NCBI GenBank assembly: GCA_964544265.1
Contig: CAZJBD010000003.1
Span: forward strand, 1 to 62,935
From: an uncultured Eubacteriales bacterium
GTDB lineage: Bacteria; Acidobacteriota; Aminicenantia; Aminicenantales; Saccharicenantaceae
Reading direction: 5' to 3'
Length of the DNA stretch: 62,935 bases
The position numbers and the translations under genes were made by a program. A model generated the notes under the pieces. The model made no database searches. It was not told the origin of the DNA and was given only the letters and a program-made list of their open reading frames with translations. Positions 53,893 through 62,327 of the stretch are shown here, in pieces; the stretch's first letter is position 1; every line of letters starts with the position of its first letter.

Positions 53893-56277
53893 TTAGCCTT
53901 TTTCTTCGATAAGGAGAATGAGGACCGAATGGTCCCCGGCGGTGACGTCGAAGGTCACCGATTTCCCCGTGAAGATCTTAACCTCGCGGTTGTCGATGAG
54001 GAGCTGGTATTTGCCTTTTTTCAGGAACCAGATCTTGACCTCGCGATCGTCGAGGGATTTGATCTCGAACGAAACCTCGCTTTCGTTGTAGAGGAAGTGG
54101 CGGAAGACGGCGCCCCCATCGGCCCGGACGAGGTCCTTTCCTTCTTCCTTGAGCTCTGTTTTCTTGCGGGACACTTTCACTTCGTAGTGGCGACCTTGGA
54201 TGGCCACCCGGGACAGGGTTCCACTGTCCTCGGGAGAGATCATGCCGAACCGGAAACCCTCCCAAGGCGTGAAGTCCAAGTACTCCTCCAGGGCAACCAG
54301 GGCGAACAGCGGCCCCCAGCTCTGGTACCGCTGGCCGCCGGCCTCCCCGGTCCGGGAGTCGAAGTTCTCCGGGCAGAGCTGGAAGTTTTTCCAGCTGCGG
54401 AGGAAGAGTTCCGAGCTCTTTTTCGCGAAGTCCGCGGCCACGGTGTCGAAACCATAGGCCTTCAAGCCCTGGTAGACGATGTAGTTCGTCGGCGGCCAAA
54501 TCGTGCCGCGCCAGTATTGTTGATCCTTGTACGCGGGATCATCCCGGGAGATCGATGGGATGACGAACTCCCCCCAGAATTCCTTGGGATCGAGGAGGTG
54601 CTTGAGGACGCGCAGAACCCGCTTCTCGTCAGGAATGCGAGCGATGAGGGGGAAAAAATTGGAGGCCGCTTTCCTGGTCGAGAACCGTCCGTCCCAGTGG
54701 CGGTCGAAATAGAAGCCCTCACGCTCGTTCCAGAGCTTGGCATTGATCAGTGATTTCATCCTTTCATATTCCTCGAGGTGCCTCCGGGCATCTTCATCCT
54801 GCCCCAGCATGTCCGCGATCTGCGACAGACACCAGGCGTCAAGGGTGAAGAGGCAGTTGAGGTCGAGACAATTCATGGTCATCGTTCCCGTCTCTTCGCT
54901 GTAGGCGGCATCGTCCCAGTTGGGCAGGTCGTCCTGGCCGGATTCCCACATGGCCCTTTGTTTGGGAGCCGCTTTCTCCTCCCAGGGCGGGACGTTCTTC
55001 GCCAGGAGTTCGACGTCCGATCCCCATTCCAAAAGGCCATCGCCGTTTCCGTCTCGGCGGGCCTGGCCGTTGGATCTTTTGGCGGTCCAGAAGGAATGCC
55101 ATTTCTCAAGATAAGGATAGGCATGCTTTAGAAGGTCCATGTCGCCGACGTGCTGGAAAAGCTTCAGGACTGCATAGGCGCCGACGGGGGGTTGGGATCG
55201 GTCCGGGGTGCCTCCAAACCGGCTCCGCCAGTTGGGGATGTTCCCGTTCGGATATTGGGTCTCAAGAACGGCGTTGACAGTATCTACGGCGTGCTTTGAG
55301 CTTTCGACGGCCAGTTCGAGGGAGTTGAAGAACGAATCCCATTCGAAGATCGTCCAGTGGTCGGGAGCGCCGTCCGGCCGCGGGAAGATCCAGCGCCGTC
55401 CGGCGGGGGTGTAGAGTCGATGCAAACCCGGCTGATAAAGGACCATCCAGAACAGGTTGTTGGTGATCGCCTCCGGGACGCCGGAGTAGAGCCCGTCGAT
55501 GGCCACCCGTTTTTTTCTGTAGCCGTCCGCCTCCTCCTCGAGGATGGAATCGATAGTCTTCGAGTTCTTGTAGCGGTAGATGTGATTCTTCGTCAGCCGC
55601 AAGTCCTCACCGACCCCGGCCACAAAATAGAGGTCGCGCTCGTCCTCGGTAGAAAACCTGAGTTCGAGCGTGCGGGCCGCGGCCGGCGCCGCCTCGGACG
55701 GCCTATCCGTCCACAGGACGAAATTCTGCTTTCGGGATTCCCCGCTTTGGCCCAGGACGTGACCGTCGCTCTGGAGGTGGTAGCTCACAGGAACGTCCCA
55801 TGGCGAGCTGAAAACGAGGAAAACCTTAATGCCTTTGGGGCACAGGACCCTGCCGACGATGGTCTTTTCGTCCTGTCGGGACCATTCCAAGGTCAAGGTT
55901 TTCGATTTCGAAGAGGGCTTGATCCGGATGGGGGTATCCTTCCCCTGGTTGAAGTTCAGGCCCAGATCGAATTTCATGCGGGCGTATTGGCCGTCGGGCG
56001 AATGGGGCCCGACCTCGGATACGAGGTAAAAGAAATCTCCGGGTTCCGCTACCTTGCCGTCCTTTTCAACTTTGAGGGCGAAACCAAACGCGCTCTCCCG
56101 GTTGGGAGCGATGGCGATTCCCGGCCAGCCCGCTCCTTCCAGGGCTCCGATGTAGACGTCCTTCCAGGGATAGAAGACCTCGGCCGGGGCGAAGGAGAAA
56201 AAGAGAAATAGGATGAGTGAGGCTGCCGCTGTCAATAAAACAAATTTTTTAAGAATATTCATCCTGGCCGGAATCAT
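53893..56277 (-). CDS. GH63-like / trehalase-like (alpha/alpha)6-barrel glycoside hydrolase, secreted
   Basis: The C-terminal half has QYWRGTIWPPTNYIVYQGL and FYFDRHWDG-type motifs of the GH63/MGH family. Signal peptide MNILKKFVLLTAAASLILFLFF. The start is either ATG 56277 or ATG 56262. Confidence 0.7.
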   Translation of the reverse strand: MIPARMNILKKFVLLTAAASLILFLFFSFAPAEVFYPWKDVYIGALEGAGWPGIAIAPNRESAFGFALKVEKDGKVAEPGDFFYLVSEVGPHSPDGQYARMKFDLGLNFNQGKDTPIRIKPSSKSKTLTLEWSRQDEKTIVGRVLCPKGIKVFLVFSSPWDVPVSYHLQSDGHVLGQSGESRKQNFVLWTDRPSEAAPAAARTLELRFSTEDERDLYFVAGVGEDLRLTKNHIYRYKNSKTIDSILEEEADGYRKKRVAIDGLYSGVPEAITNNLFWMVLYQPGLHRLYTPAGRRWIFPRPDGAPDHWTIFEWDSFFNSLELAVESSKHAVDTVNAVLETQYPNGNIPNWRSRFGGTPDRSQPPVGAYAVLKLFQHVGDMDLLKHAYPYLEKWHSFWTAKRSNGQARRDGNGDGLLEWGSDVELLAKNVPPWEEKAAPKQRAMWESGQDDLPNWDDAAYSEETGTMTMNCLDLNCLFTLDAWCLSQIADMLGQDEDARRHLEEYERMKSLINAKLWNEREGFYFDRHWDGRFSTRKAASNFFPLIARIPDEKRVLRVLKHLLDPKEFWGEFVIPSISRDDPAYKDQQYWRGTIWPPTNYIVYQGLKAYGFDTVAADFAKKSSELFLRSWKNFQLCPENFDSRTGEAGGQRYQSWGPLFALVALEEYLDFTPWEGFRFGMISPEDSGTLSRVAIQGRHYEVKVSRKKTELKEEGKDLVRADGGAVFRHFLYNESEVSFEIKSLDDREVKIWFLKKGKYQLLIDNREVKIFTGKSVTFDVTAGDHSVLILLIEEKG

Positions 56278-56403
56278 TTCCCTATTAATGTATGGGAAAT
56301 CGGGGGGGAAATCAACCGAATAACAGGCAGGGCCGCCTGCCTGCGTGGCCTCGTGAAGGGGCGCGTATTTTTTTTCGCGAGATTAGGATTATAATATTCA
56401 GCC

Positions 56404-57567
56404 ATGAGATCGTGCGTCTCCATCGTCAAGTGCCCCGGCTATGGAAGCGCGGAGCTTTCCTCGTCGATCACAACCGCACTCGACCTCATCGGCGGGATCG
56501 AAAGTTTCCTGAGGCCGGGGAGCAAGGTCTTCATCAAGATCAATCACCTCTCCCCCGGCTCAGCTCCGGAGAAGGCCATCGTCACCCATCCTCTTTTTAC
56601 CCGGGAGGTCATCCGCCTCCTCAAGGACCTGAACATGAAAATCACAGTGGGCGATGATAACCAGTTCAAAGGCGAGGACGGCTATCTCGTCTCAGGCTAT
56701 CGAGAGATGTGCCGGGAGATGGGCGTCCGGCTCATCAACCTCAAGTCCGAAGGGTTCCGGGAGGTCCCTTGCCCGGCAGGACAGACAGTCTCCAGCGTCT
56801 TCGTGTCGGCCGCGGCCTTGGACGCCGAGGGGGTCATCGATTTGGCGAAGCTGAAAACGCACGCGTTTACCGCCTTCACCGGGGCCATAAAGAACATGTT
56901 CGGCGTCATCCCCCACGGCCTCCGCTTGAAGTTACACAGCCAGTTCCCCCTCAATGAAGCCTTCAGCCAGATGCTGGTGGACGTTTTCTCCTGCCTTCCC
57001 CCCACCTTGACCCTCATGGACGCGGTCACGGCCATGGAGGGATTCGGTCCGTCCGGGGGCTCGCCCCGGTCCGTCGGCCTTGTCCTCGCCGGCAGGGACG
57101 CCGTTGCCGTGGACGCCGTCGCCCAGGCGGTCGTCGGATTCGGCCCAGACGATATCCTGACGACGCGCTATGCCGCAGAAAGGGGCCTGGGGACGGACCG
57201 CCTTGATTCGATCGACATCACCGGGGGAAAGCTCGGAGATGTCCGGGTCGAGGGCTTCAAGAAGGCTTCTTTTCCGGTCGGCATGCTGCGAAGGAAGCTT
57301 CCTTCCTCTGTCTATGCCTTCGTCTCCGGCCAGCTCATCTTGATTCCTGAGGTCTCGGCGGACAGGTGCAACGGCTGTCAGGAGTGTTTTGGGGCCTGTT
57401 CCGTCGACGCCGTGCGCATGGAGGACGGAAAGGCACGGATCCTAAAAAAGCTTTGCATCCACTGCCTGTGTTGTCACGAAGTCTGCCGTTCGAACGCGAT
57501 TAAGCTTCGCCAGCGCCTACTGGGCCGTTTCGTCCGTTTTGTGAGCTCCGTCGTCAAGTTGGTCTGA
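56404..57567 (+). CDS. DUF362 domain protein with C-terminal 2x[4Fe-4S] ferredoxin domain
   Basis: DUF362-like body (VFIKINHLSP...LKTHAFTAFTGAIKNMFG). C-terminal CNGCQECFGAC and CIHCLCCHEVC clusters. Confidence 0.8.
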   Translation: MRSCVSIVKCPGYGSAELSSSITTALDLIGGIESFLRPGSKVFIKINHLSPGSAPEKAIVTHPLFTREVIRLLKDLNMKITVGDDNQFKGEDGYLVSGYREMCREMGVRLINLKSEGFREVPCPAGQTVSSVFVSAAALDAEGVIDLAKLKTHAFTAFTGAIKNMFGVIPHGLRLKLHSQFPLNEAFSQMLVDVFSCLPPTLTLMDAVTAMEGFGPSGGSPRSVGLVLAGRDAVAVDAVAQAVVGFGPDDILTTRYAAERGLGTDRLDSIDITGGKLGDVRVEGFKKASFPVGMLRRKLPSSVYAFVSGQLILIPEVSADRCNGCQECFGACSVDAVRMEDGKARILKKLCIHCLCCHEVCRSNAIKLRQRLLGRFVRFVSSVVKLV

Positions 57568-57702
57568 GCTTGGCTATTACCCCGGCGTCTTTTCACCGTT
57601 TTTAAGCGGGGATGAACGCGACGACTCGAGCTCAGAAAACAGGATGAATAAACCGGGGACTTATGGTAACTTGATTATGGAGTCGCAAAAACGGAGGCCG
57701 GC

Positions 57703-58833
57703 ATGGATTTCAACCGCTATTTCAAATCGCGACAGGGCGAGATGGTCAACCTGCTCAAGAAGATCGTGGCCATGGAGTCCCCAACCTCCGACAAGCCGGC
57801 CGTGGATGCCTGTTCGGCCTTCGTCATCAACGAGTTCAGGAGGACTGGGGCCAAACTCACCCGGTTCCCCCAAAAGGACATTGGGGACCTTCAATTGATC
57901 GAATATGCCCCTCGCGGCTTGAAGAAGCAGCCCGAACAAATCCTCATCCTTACCCATTTGGACACGGTCTGGCCGGTCGGCAAGATCGAGAAGATGCCTT
58001 TCTATATCTCAGGCGACAAGATCTTTGGCCCGGGGGCCCTAGACATGAAAGCCGGGATCGTCATGACTATTTTCGCTCTTTCGACCCTCAACCGTCTGAA
58101 TATCACGCCCCAGAAAAAGATCGCGATCTTCGTCAATTCGGCTGAAGAGACGGGCCACGACGCCGGCCTCGCCCTTATCAAGAGTCTGGCCAGGAAGTCC
58201 GCGCTCGTTCTCTGCCTGGAGCCGGCGCTTCCGGGAGGGGCGCTGAAGCTGGAGAGGAAGGGCCGTCTCGTCGTAAAGCTCGAAGCGCGGGGCAAGGCCG
58301 CCCATGCCGGAACACCGGAAAAAGGCATCAACGCCATCGAGGAGATGGTGGCCCAGATCGGCCGCCTCAAGAAGCTCAGGACCGGGGAAACGACGGTCAA
58401 CGTCGGCCGGATCGAGGGGGGCGAAAAGGTCAACGTCGTTCCCGAAGCAGCTGGGGCCGTTCTCGATATTCGGTTCTGGAAGACCGCCGACAAGGAAAGG
58501 ATCCGCGCTTATTTCAAGGACCTGAAGCCCGCCCTCCGGGGGGCGAGGATCAAGGCCGTTTTTCAGAGTCTGACTCCCCCCATGGAAAAGACGAAGGCCT
58601 CTTCGGCGCTTTTTGCTCAGGCCAGCGAGATCGCCTCAGGCTTGGGGCTGTCGCTTAAAGGCGGAAAAACCGGGGGCGGTTCTGACGCTTCCATAGCTTC
58701 CAGCCTGGGCCTTCCCACGCTCGACGGCCTGGGTCCGGACGGAGAAGGAATTCATGCCGAAAACGAGCATCTCCTCCTCCCCTCCTTCATTGAACGGACG
58801 GCCCTGCTGACCGAGCTTCTGGCCCGGCTATGA
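57703..58833 (+). CDS. M20 family metallopeptidase (carboxypeptidase G2-like)
   Basis: THLDTV, GPGALDMKAG, NSAEETGHD, and a C-terminal GEGIHAENE. GGAGG upstream. Confidence 0.8.
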   Translation: MDFNRYFKSRQGEMVNLLKKIVAMESPTSDKPAVDACSAFVINEFRRTGAKLTRFPQKDIGDLQLIEYAPRGLKKQPEQILILTHLDTVWPVGKIEKMPFYISGDKIFGPGALDMKAGIVMTIFALSTLNRLNITPQKKIAIFVNSAEETGHDAGLALIKSLARKSALVLCLEPALPGGALKLERKGRLVVKLEARGKAAHAGTPEKGINAIEEMVAQIGRLKKLRTGETTVNVGRIEGGEKVNVVPEAAGAVLDIRFWKTADKERIRAYFKDLKPALRGARIKAVFQSLTPPMEKTKASSALFAQASEIASGLGLSLKGGKTGGGSDASIASSLGLPTLDGLGPDGEGIHAENEHLLLPSFIERTALLTELLARL

Positions 58834-58862
58834 TTGACTGTCGAAAATATTTTTGCTAGTGT
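58834..58862 (+). promoter_or_regulatory. Candidate sigma70-type promoter for the aminotransferase-serA pair
   Basis: TTGACT (58834..58839), 17-nt spacer, TAGTGT (58857..58862), about 25 nt upstream of ATG 58887, which has an AAGGAGA SD. Confidence 0.3.
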
Positions 58863-58886
58863 GCTTTTATAACAAGGAGAAATCAT

Positions 58887-60032
58887 ATGATAAAAAAGTA
58901 TTATCTTCTTTCCCCCGGCCCGACGCCTATCCCGGACAAGGTCCTCTCGGTTGCGGCCGAGCCCATCATCCATCACCGGACTCCGGAATTCTCCAATATC
59001 TTCATGGAGGTGACTGAGGGAATCAAGACCGTTTTCGAGACCAAGGAGGACGTCTTCATCCTGACCTCCTCGGGCACGGGTGCGATGGAAACCGCGGTCG
59101 TCAACACGCTCTCGCCCGGAGACAGGGTCATTACCATCAATGGCGGCAAGTTCGGCGAACGCTGGGGCAATATTTGCAAGGCCTATGGAGTTGTCTATAA
59201 GGACATCATCCTGGAGTGGGGCGCTGACTTCAGCAAGGAGCAGTTGGCCGATGAGCTCAAAGCGAATCCTGGCGTCAAGGCCGTGTTCGCGACCCTGTCC
59301 GAGACCTCCAGCGGCGCCATCTATGACGTTAAGGGCTTCGGCGAAGTCGTGTCCGGAACCGACGCCATCCTGGTCGTAGACGGCATTTCAGGCCTGGGCG
59401 CGGCCCCCTGCCCCATGGACGCATGGAAGGTCGACGTCATGGTGACCGGCTCACAGAAATCCTTTATGATCCCGCCGGGCCTGGCCTACATCGCCTTCAG
59501 CCAAAAAGCATGGAAGATGGTTGAGACGTCCAAGCTCCCGAAGTTTTACTTCGACGCCAAGAAGGCCAAGAAAAACCTTGAGAAAAAAACGACCCCCTGG
59601 ACCCCCGCGATCTCCCTCATTATCCAGCAGAAAAAAGCCCTGGAGGTTATTAAAGGCCTGGGCCTCCCCAAGCTATTTGAACATCACCGCATCCTGGGGG
59701 AGGCGACCCGGGCCGGCGTCAAGGCCGCCCGCCTCGAGCTCCTGGCCAGAAATCCCGGCAACATCCTGACGGCCGTCAAGGTTCCGGCCGGCGTGGACGG
59801 AGTCAAGCTTGTCAAGACCATGCAGAGCAAATACATGGCCTACATCGCCGGAGCCCAGGATCCGAACAAAGGCAAGTTCTTCCGGATTGCCCACCTCGGC
59901 TACATGGGCGGGTTCGACGTCATCACCGCGCTTTCTGCCTTGGAAATGACCCTCCTGGACCTCGGATACGCGTTCGAGCCGGGCGCCGCGGTGAAGGCCG
60001 CCCAGGCCGTTCTGAAGGAGAATTGGCAATGA
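58887..60032 (+). CDS. Class V aminotransferase (serine-pyruvate/alanine-glyoxylate/phosphoserine aminotransferase-like)
   Basis: LLSPGPTPIP, SSGTGAMET, TGSQKSFM (PLP Lys). Confidence 0.8.
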   Translation: MIKKYYLLSPGPTPIPDKVLSVAAEPIIHHRTPEFSNIFMEVTEGIKTVFETKEDVFILTSSGTGAMETAVVNTLSPGDRVITINGGKFGERWGNICKAYGVVYKDIILEWGADFSKEQLADELKANPGVKAVFATLSETSSGAIYDVKGFGEVVSGTDAILVVDGISGLGAAPCPMDAWKVDVMVTGSQKSFMIPPGLAYIAFSQKAWKMVETSKLPKFYFDAKKAKKNLEKKTTPWTPAISLIIQQKKALEVIKGLGLPKLFEHHRILGEATRAGVKAARLELLARNPGNILTAVKVPAGVDGVKLVKTMQSKYMAYIAGAQDPNKGKFFRIAHLGYMGGFDVITALSALEMTLLDLGYAFEPGAAVKAAQAVLKENWQ

Positions 60033-60931
60033 CCAAGATCCTTATCGCGGATTCTTTGGACAAAGAAGCCTTGGAACAGCTGAAGGCCGTCCCCGGCTTC
60101 GAAGTCACCGTGAAGACAGGCCTTGATGAGGCCGCCCTCATAAAGACGATCCCAGGTTTCAATGCCGTTGTCGTCCGGGGCGCCACCAAGATCACCCGCC
60201 CCGTCATTGAGGCGGCGACCGAACTCAAGATCATCCTCCGGGCCGGCATCGGACTCGACAACGTCGATGCGGCGGCGGCCAAGGAGAAAAAGATCGCCGT
60301 GGCCAACACCCCCGCCGCGACGTCTATCAGTGTCGCCGAGCATACTTTCGGCCTGATGTTGGGAGCCGTCCGGAACCACGGCAGGGCGATCGTCTCCATG
60401 AAACAGCACAAGTGGGAGAAAAAGGTTCTGGAAGGCACTGAGCTCTACGGGAAAACCCTAGGAATCATCGGCTGCGGGCGTATCGGCATTGAAGTGGCTC
60501 GGCGGGCCATCGCCTTCGGCATGAAGGTCCTCGGCTATGACGTCATCCCGATCAAAACGAACCTGGCGGTGACTCAGGTTCCCATGGATGAGCTGCTTTC
60601 GAAGTCCGACCTCATCACCCTGCACATTCCCAAGCAACCCCAGCCGGTCATCGGCGCTGCGGAGATCCGCAAGATGAAGGACGGGGTTATCATCGTCAAC
60701 GTGGCCAGGGGCGGGGTTGTCGACGAGAAAGCCCTTCTCGACGGCCTCAATTCGGGCAAGGTCCGGGCTGCGGCGCTGGACGTCTACTCGAAGGAGCCTC
60801 CCGACGACTTCACGCTCATCGACCATCCAAACGTCACGCCCATCCCCCACCTCGGCGCCGCCGCCAAGGAGGGCCAGCAGAGAGCAGGCCTGGAGGTCGT
60901 CAAGATTCTCAAAGAAAGGCTCGGCAAGTAG
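60029..60931 (+). CDS. serA: Short D-3-phosphoglycerate dehydrogenase-like 2-hydroxyacid dehydrogenase (no ACT domain)
   Basis: GIIGCGRIGIEVA (GxGxxG), NVARGGVVDE, PHLGAAAKE. ATG 60029 forms an ATGA overlap with the upstream stop. Confidence 0.75.
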   Translation: MTKILIADSLDKEALEQLKAVPGFEVTVKTGLDEAALIKTIPGFNAVVVRGATKITRPVIEAATELKIILRAGIGLDNVDAAAAKEKKIAVANTPAATSISVAEHTFGLMLGAVRNHGRAIVSMKQHKWEKKVLEGTELYGKTLGIIGCGRIGIEVARRAIAFGMKVLGYDVIPIKTNLAVTQVPMDELLSKSDLITLHIPKQPQPVIGAAEIRKMKDGVIIVNVARGGVVDEKALLDGLNSGKVRAAALDVYSKEPPDDFTLIDHPNVTPIPHLGAAAKEGQQRAGLEVVKILKERLGK

Positions 60932-60986
60932 CGTTCCGCGGTCCGCGAACGTGGTCGGAGCCGAAAAGACCGATTGGCCGCTCCCC

Positions 60987-62006
60987 TTATTTCTTTATAG
61001 ATACATATTCCCCCGAGGGATCTCTTTGTTTGAGAGATGTGATCCGCCCGTTTTCCATGACAAACTCGAAAATCACGTCGGAGAAATGCTCGATGCGGAA
61101 CATGAGGCCCTTGTAAGGAAGAAGCTTCTCCTCCGGCTCTCCGGGAAAAACGAGGGATAAGCTGAGGTCTTCCTTGAGAACGACCTGGTACTTATAGCCG
61201 GTTGCGGTTTCATAAGTCCCGGCTAATTGTTCCAGGAGCTTGGGGTCGAGTGTTTCGGGCTTGCGGGTGAAGGTCACTTCCGCCTCGTCGAGCGAGATGA
61301 CGGCCTTATCGATATCACCCTGGGGATTGGTCAAGAAATTGACCGCAAACCTGCCATAGGTTTCGTCATCAGGGGTTTCGAAACGATCATAATGGAAATG
61401 GTCGAGCGGCCATGCCAATTTATGAAAGTCAAACTTGAGCCGGTTATCCTTCATTCCGATTTTCAAGACGCCGTAAGCGGGGTGCTCGTAATTCCCCACG
61501 TAATCCTTGAGCGGATGAGAGGGCTTGGTATCCGGGACGCGGTCGGCGCCGGCCTTGGCCCGAGCCTCTGTACCGGCTTTTTTTCCCTTTAGCCGGATCT
61601 CGAGATAGCGGGTGCTCCAGGGCGTCTCGTCTATCCCCAGCAGCCGCTCGTAAATATTGTAGCTGATGAGGTCATAGAGTCTCGCGCAGTGGTTTCCGAT
61701 GACGAAGAGGAGGACGCCGATCCGCTCACGGGGCATGAAGGAGACTTGAGAATGGAAGCCGGGAAGGTCCCCGCCGTGATAGGTCAGGAGATGTCCGCGA
61801 TAGGAAACAGTGAATCTTCCCATTCCGTAGGCCTCGTTCAGGAGTTCCCAGTACCCCCGCGTTTCCGTTTCGGTATTGGGCAAGGCGATGGCCGGCTCCA
61901 GTGTCGCTTTGAGCACGGCCGAAGGGAGAACCTGCTTTCCTTGGTATCGGCCGTCGTTCATCAGCGCGATGAGCCAATGGAATATACCATTGGCGGGGAG
62001 TCGAGG
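60987..62006 (-). pseudogene. 5'-truncated beta-lactamase-family serine hydrolase with DUF3471-like C-terminal domain
   Basis: The open frame starts just after a TGA at 62009..62007 and reads ..LPANGIFHWLIALMNDGRYQGKQVLP.., then YHGGDLPGF (HxG box), then a DUF3471-like domain. The SxxK/YxN half (roughly 250 aa in intact relatives such as 45999..47222) is found in no frame upstream. Confidence 0.6.
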
Positions 62007-62020
62007 TCAAAATAAATCAT

Positions 62021-62262
62021 GGCCCCCTCTGCTTCGGGGGCTTGGCACGATTTCCAGGCGGCATCTGTTTCCATCGCCTGATGAAATTTGACGAGCGGTG
62101 ATATGCCCCGGGTCTTGACCCGGGGAGCCGCTCGTCGGGGGATCCAAGGGGGTATGCCCCCTTGGTCGCAGGGCGTGGGTTCACGCCCCGCCCGAGAAAG
62201 GGAGGCAGGGAGCGGAGCGAACGTTGGAAGGGGGAAACGCGAAGCGGGTTCCCCCCCTCCAA
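62021..62262. other. Cluster of five GC-rich stem-loops (candidate structured RNA or element remnant)
   Basis: H1: 62022..62027 pairs with 62036..62041. A 9-bp outer stem (62090..62098 with 62128..62136) encloses H2 (62106..62112 with 62119..62125). H3 is a 9-bp stem (62144..62152 with 62157..62165) with loop TATG. H4: 62171..62175 pairs with 62184..62188. H5 spans 62224..62234 with 62251..62262 and has an inner CGC-GAA-GCG hairpin. Confidence 0.4.
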
Positions 62263-62327
62263 GTTGACTTCAGGATATAGAAAAGTGATAGTAAAGGATT
62301 GGTGCGATGAGGACGAGGAGGCATTTC

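Noticed and set aside
53860-56211. Plus-strand ORFs 53860..54753 (297 aa) and 55357..56211 (284 aa)
   Set aside because: They lie antisense to the GH63-like gene and have a low-complexity composition.
62055-62080. Fluoride-riboswitch or ZTP-riboswitch-like strings on the minus strand (GGCGATGG, CCGCCTGG)
   Set aside because: Only short partial matches are present and the remaining conserved elements are absent. The downstream gene on that strand is a truncated pseudogene.
62090-62136. Group II intron domain V (AGC-containing helix GACGAGCGG...CCGCTCGTC)
   Set aside because: The apical loop is 6 nt, not GNRA. There is a 7-nt/2-nt internal loop instead of a 2-nt 3' bulge, the total length is wrong, and the window has no reverse transcriptase or GUGYG 5' end.
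62171-62188. tRNA T-arm-like GGGCG-TGGGTTCA-CGCCC
   Set aside because: The loop is 8 nt and lacks the TTCRANY pattern. No acceptor, D or anticodon arms can be drawn around it.
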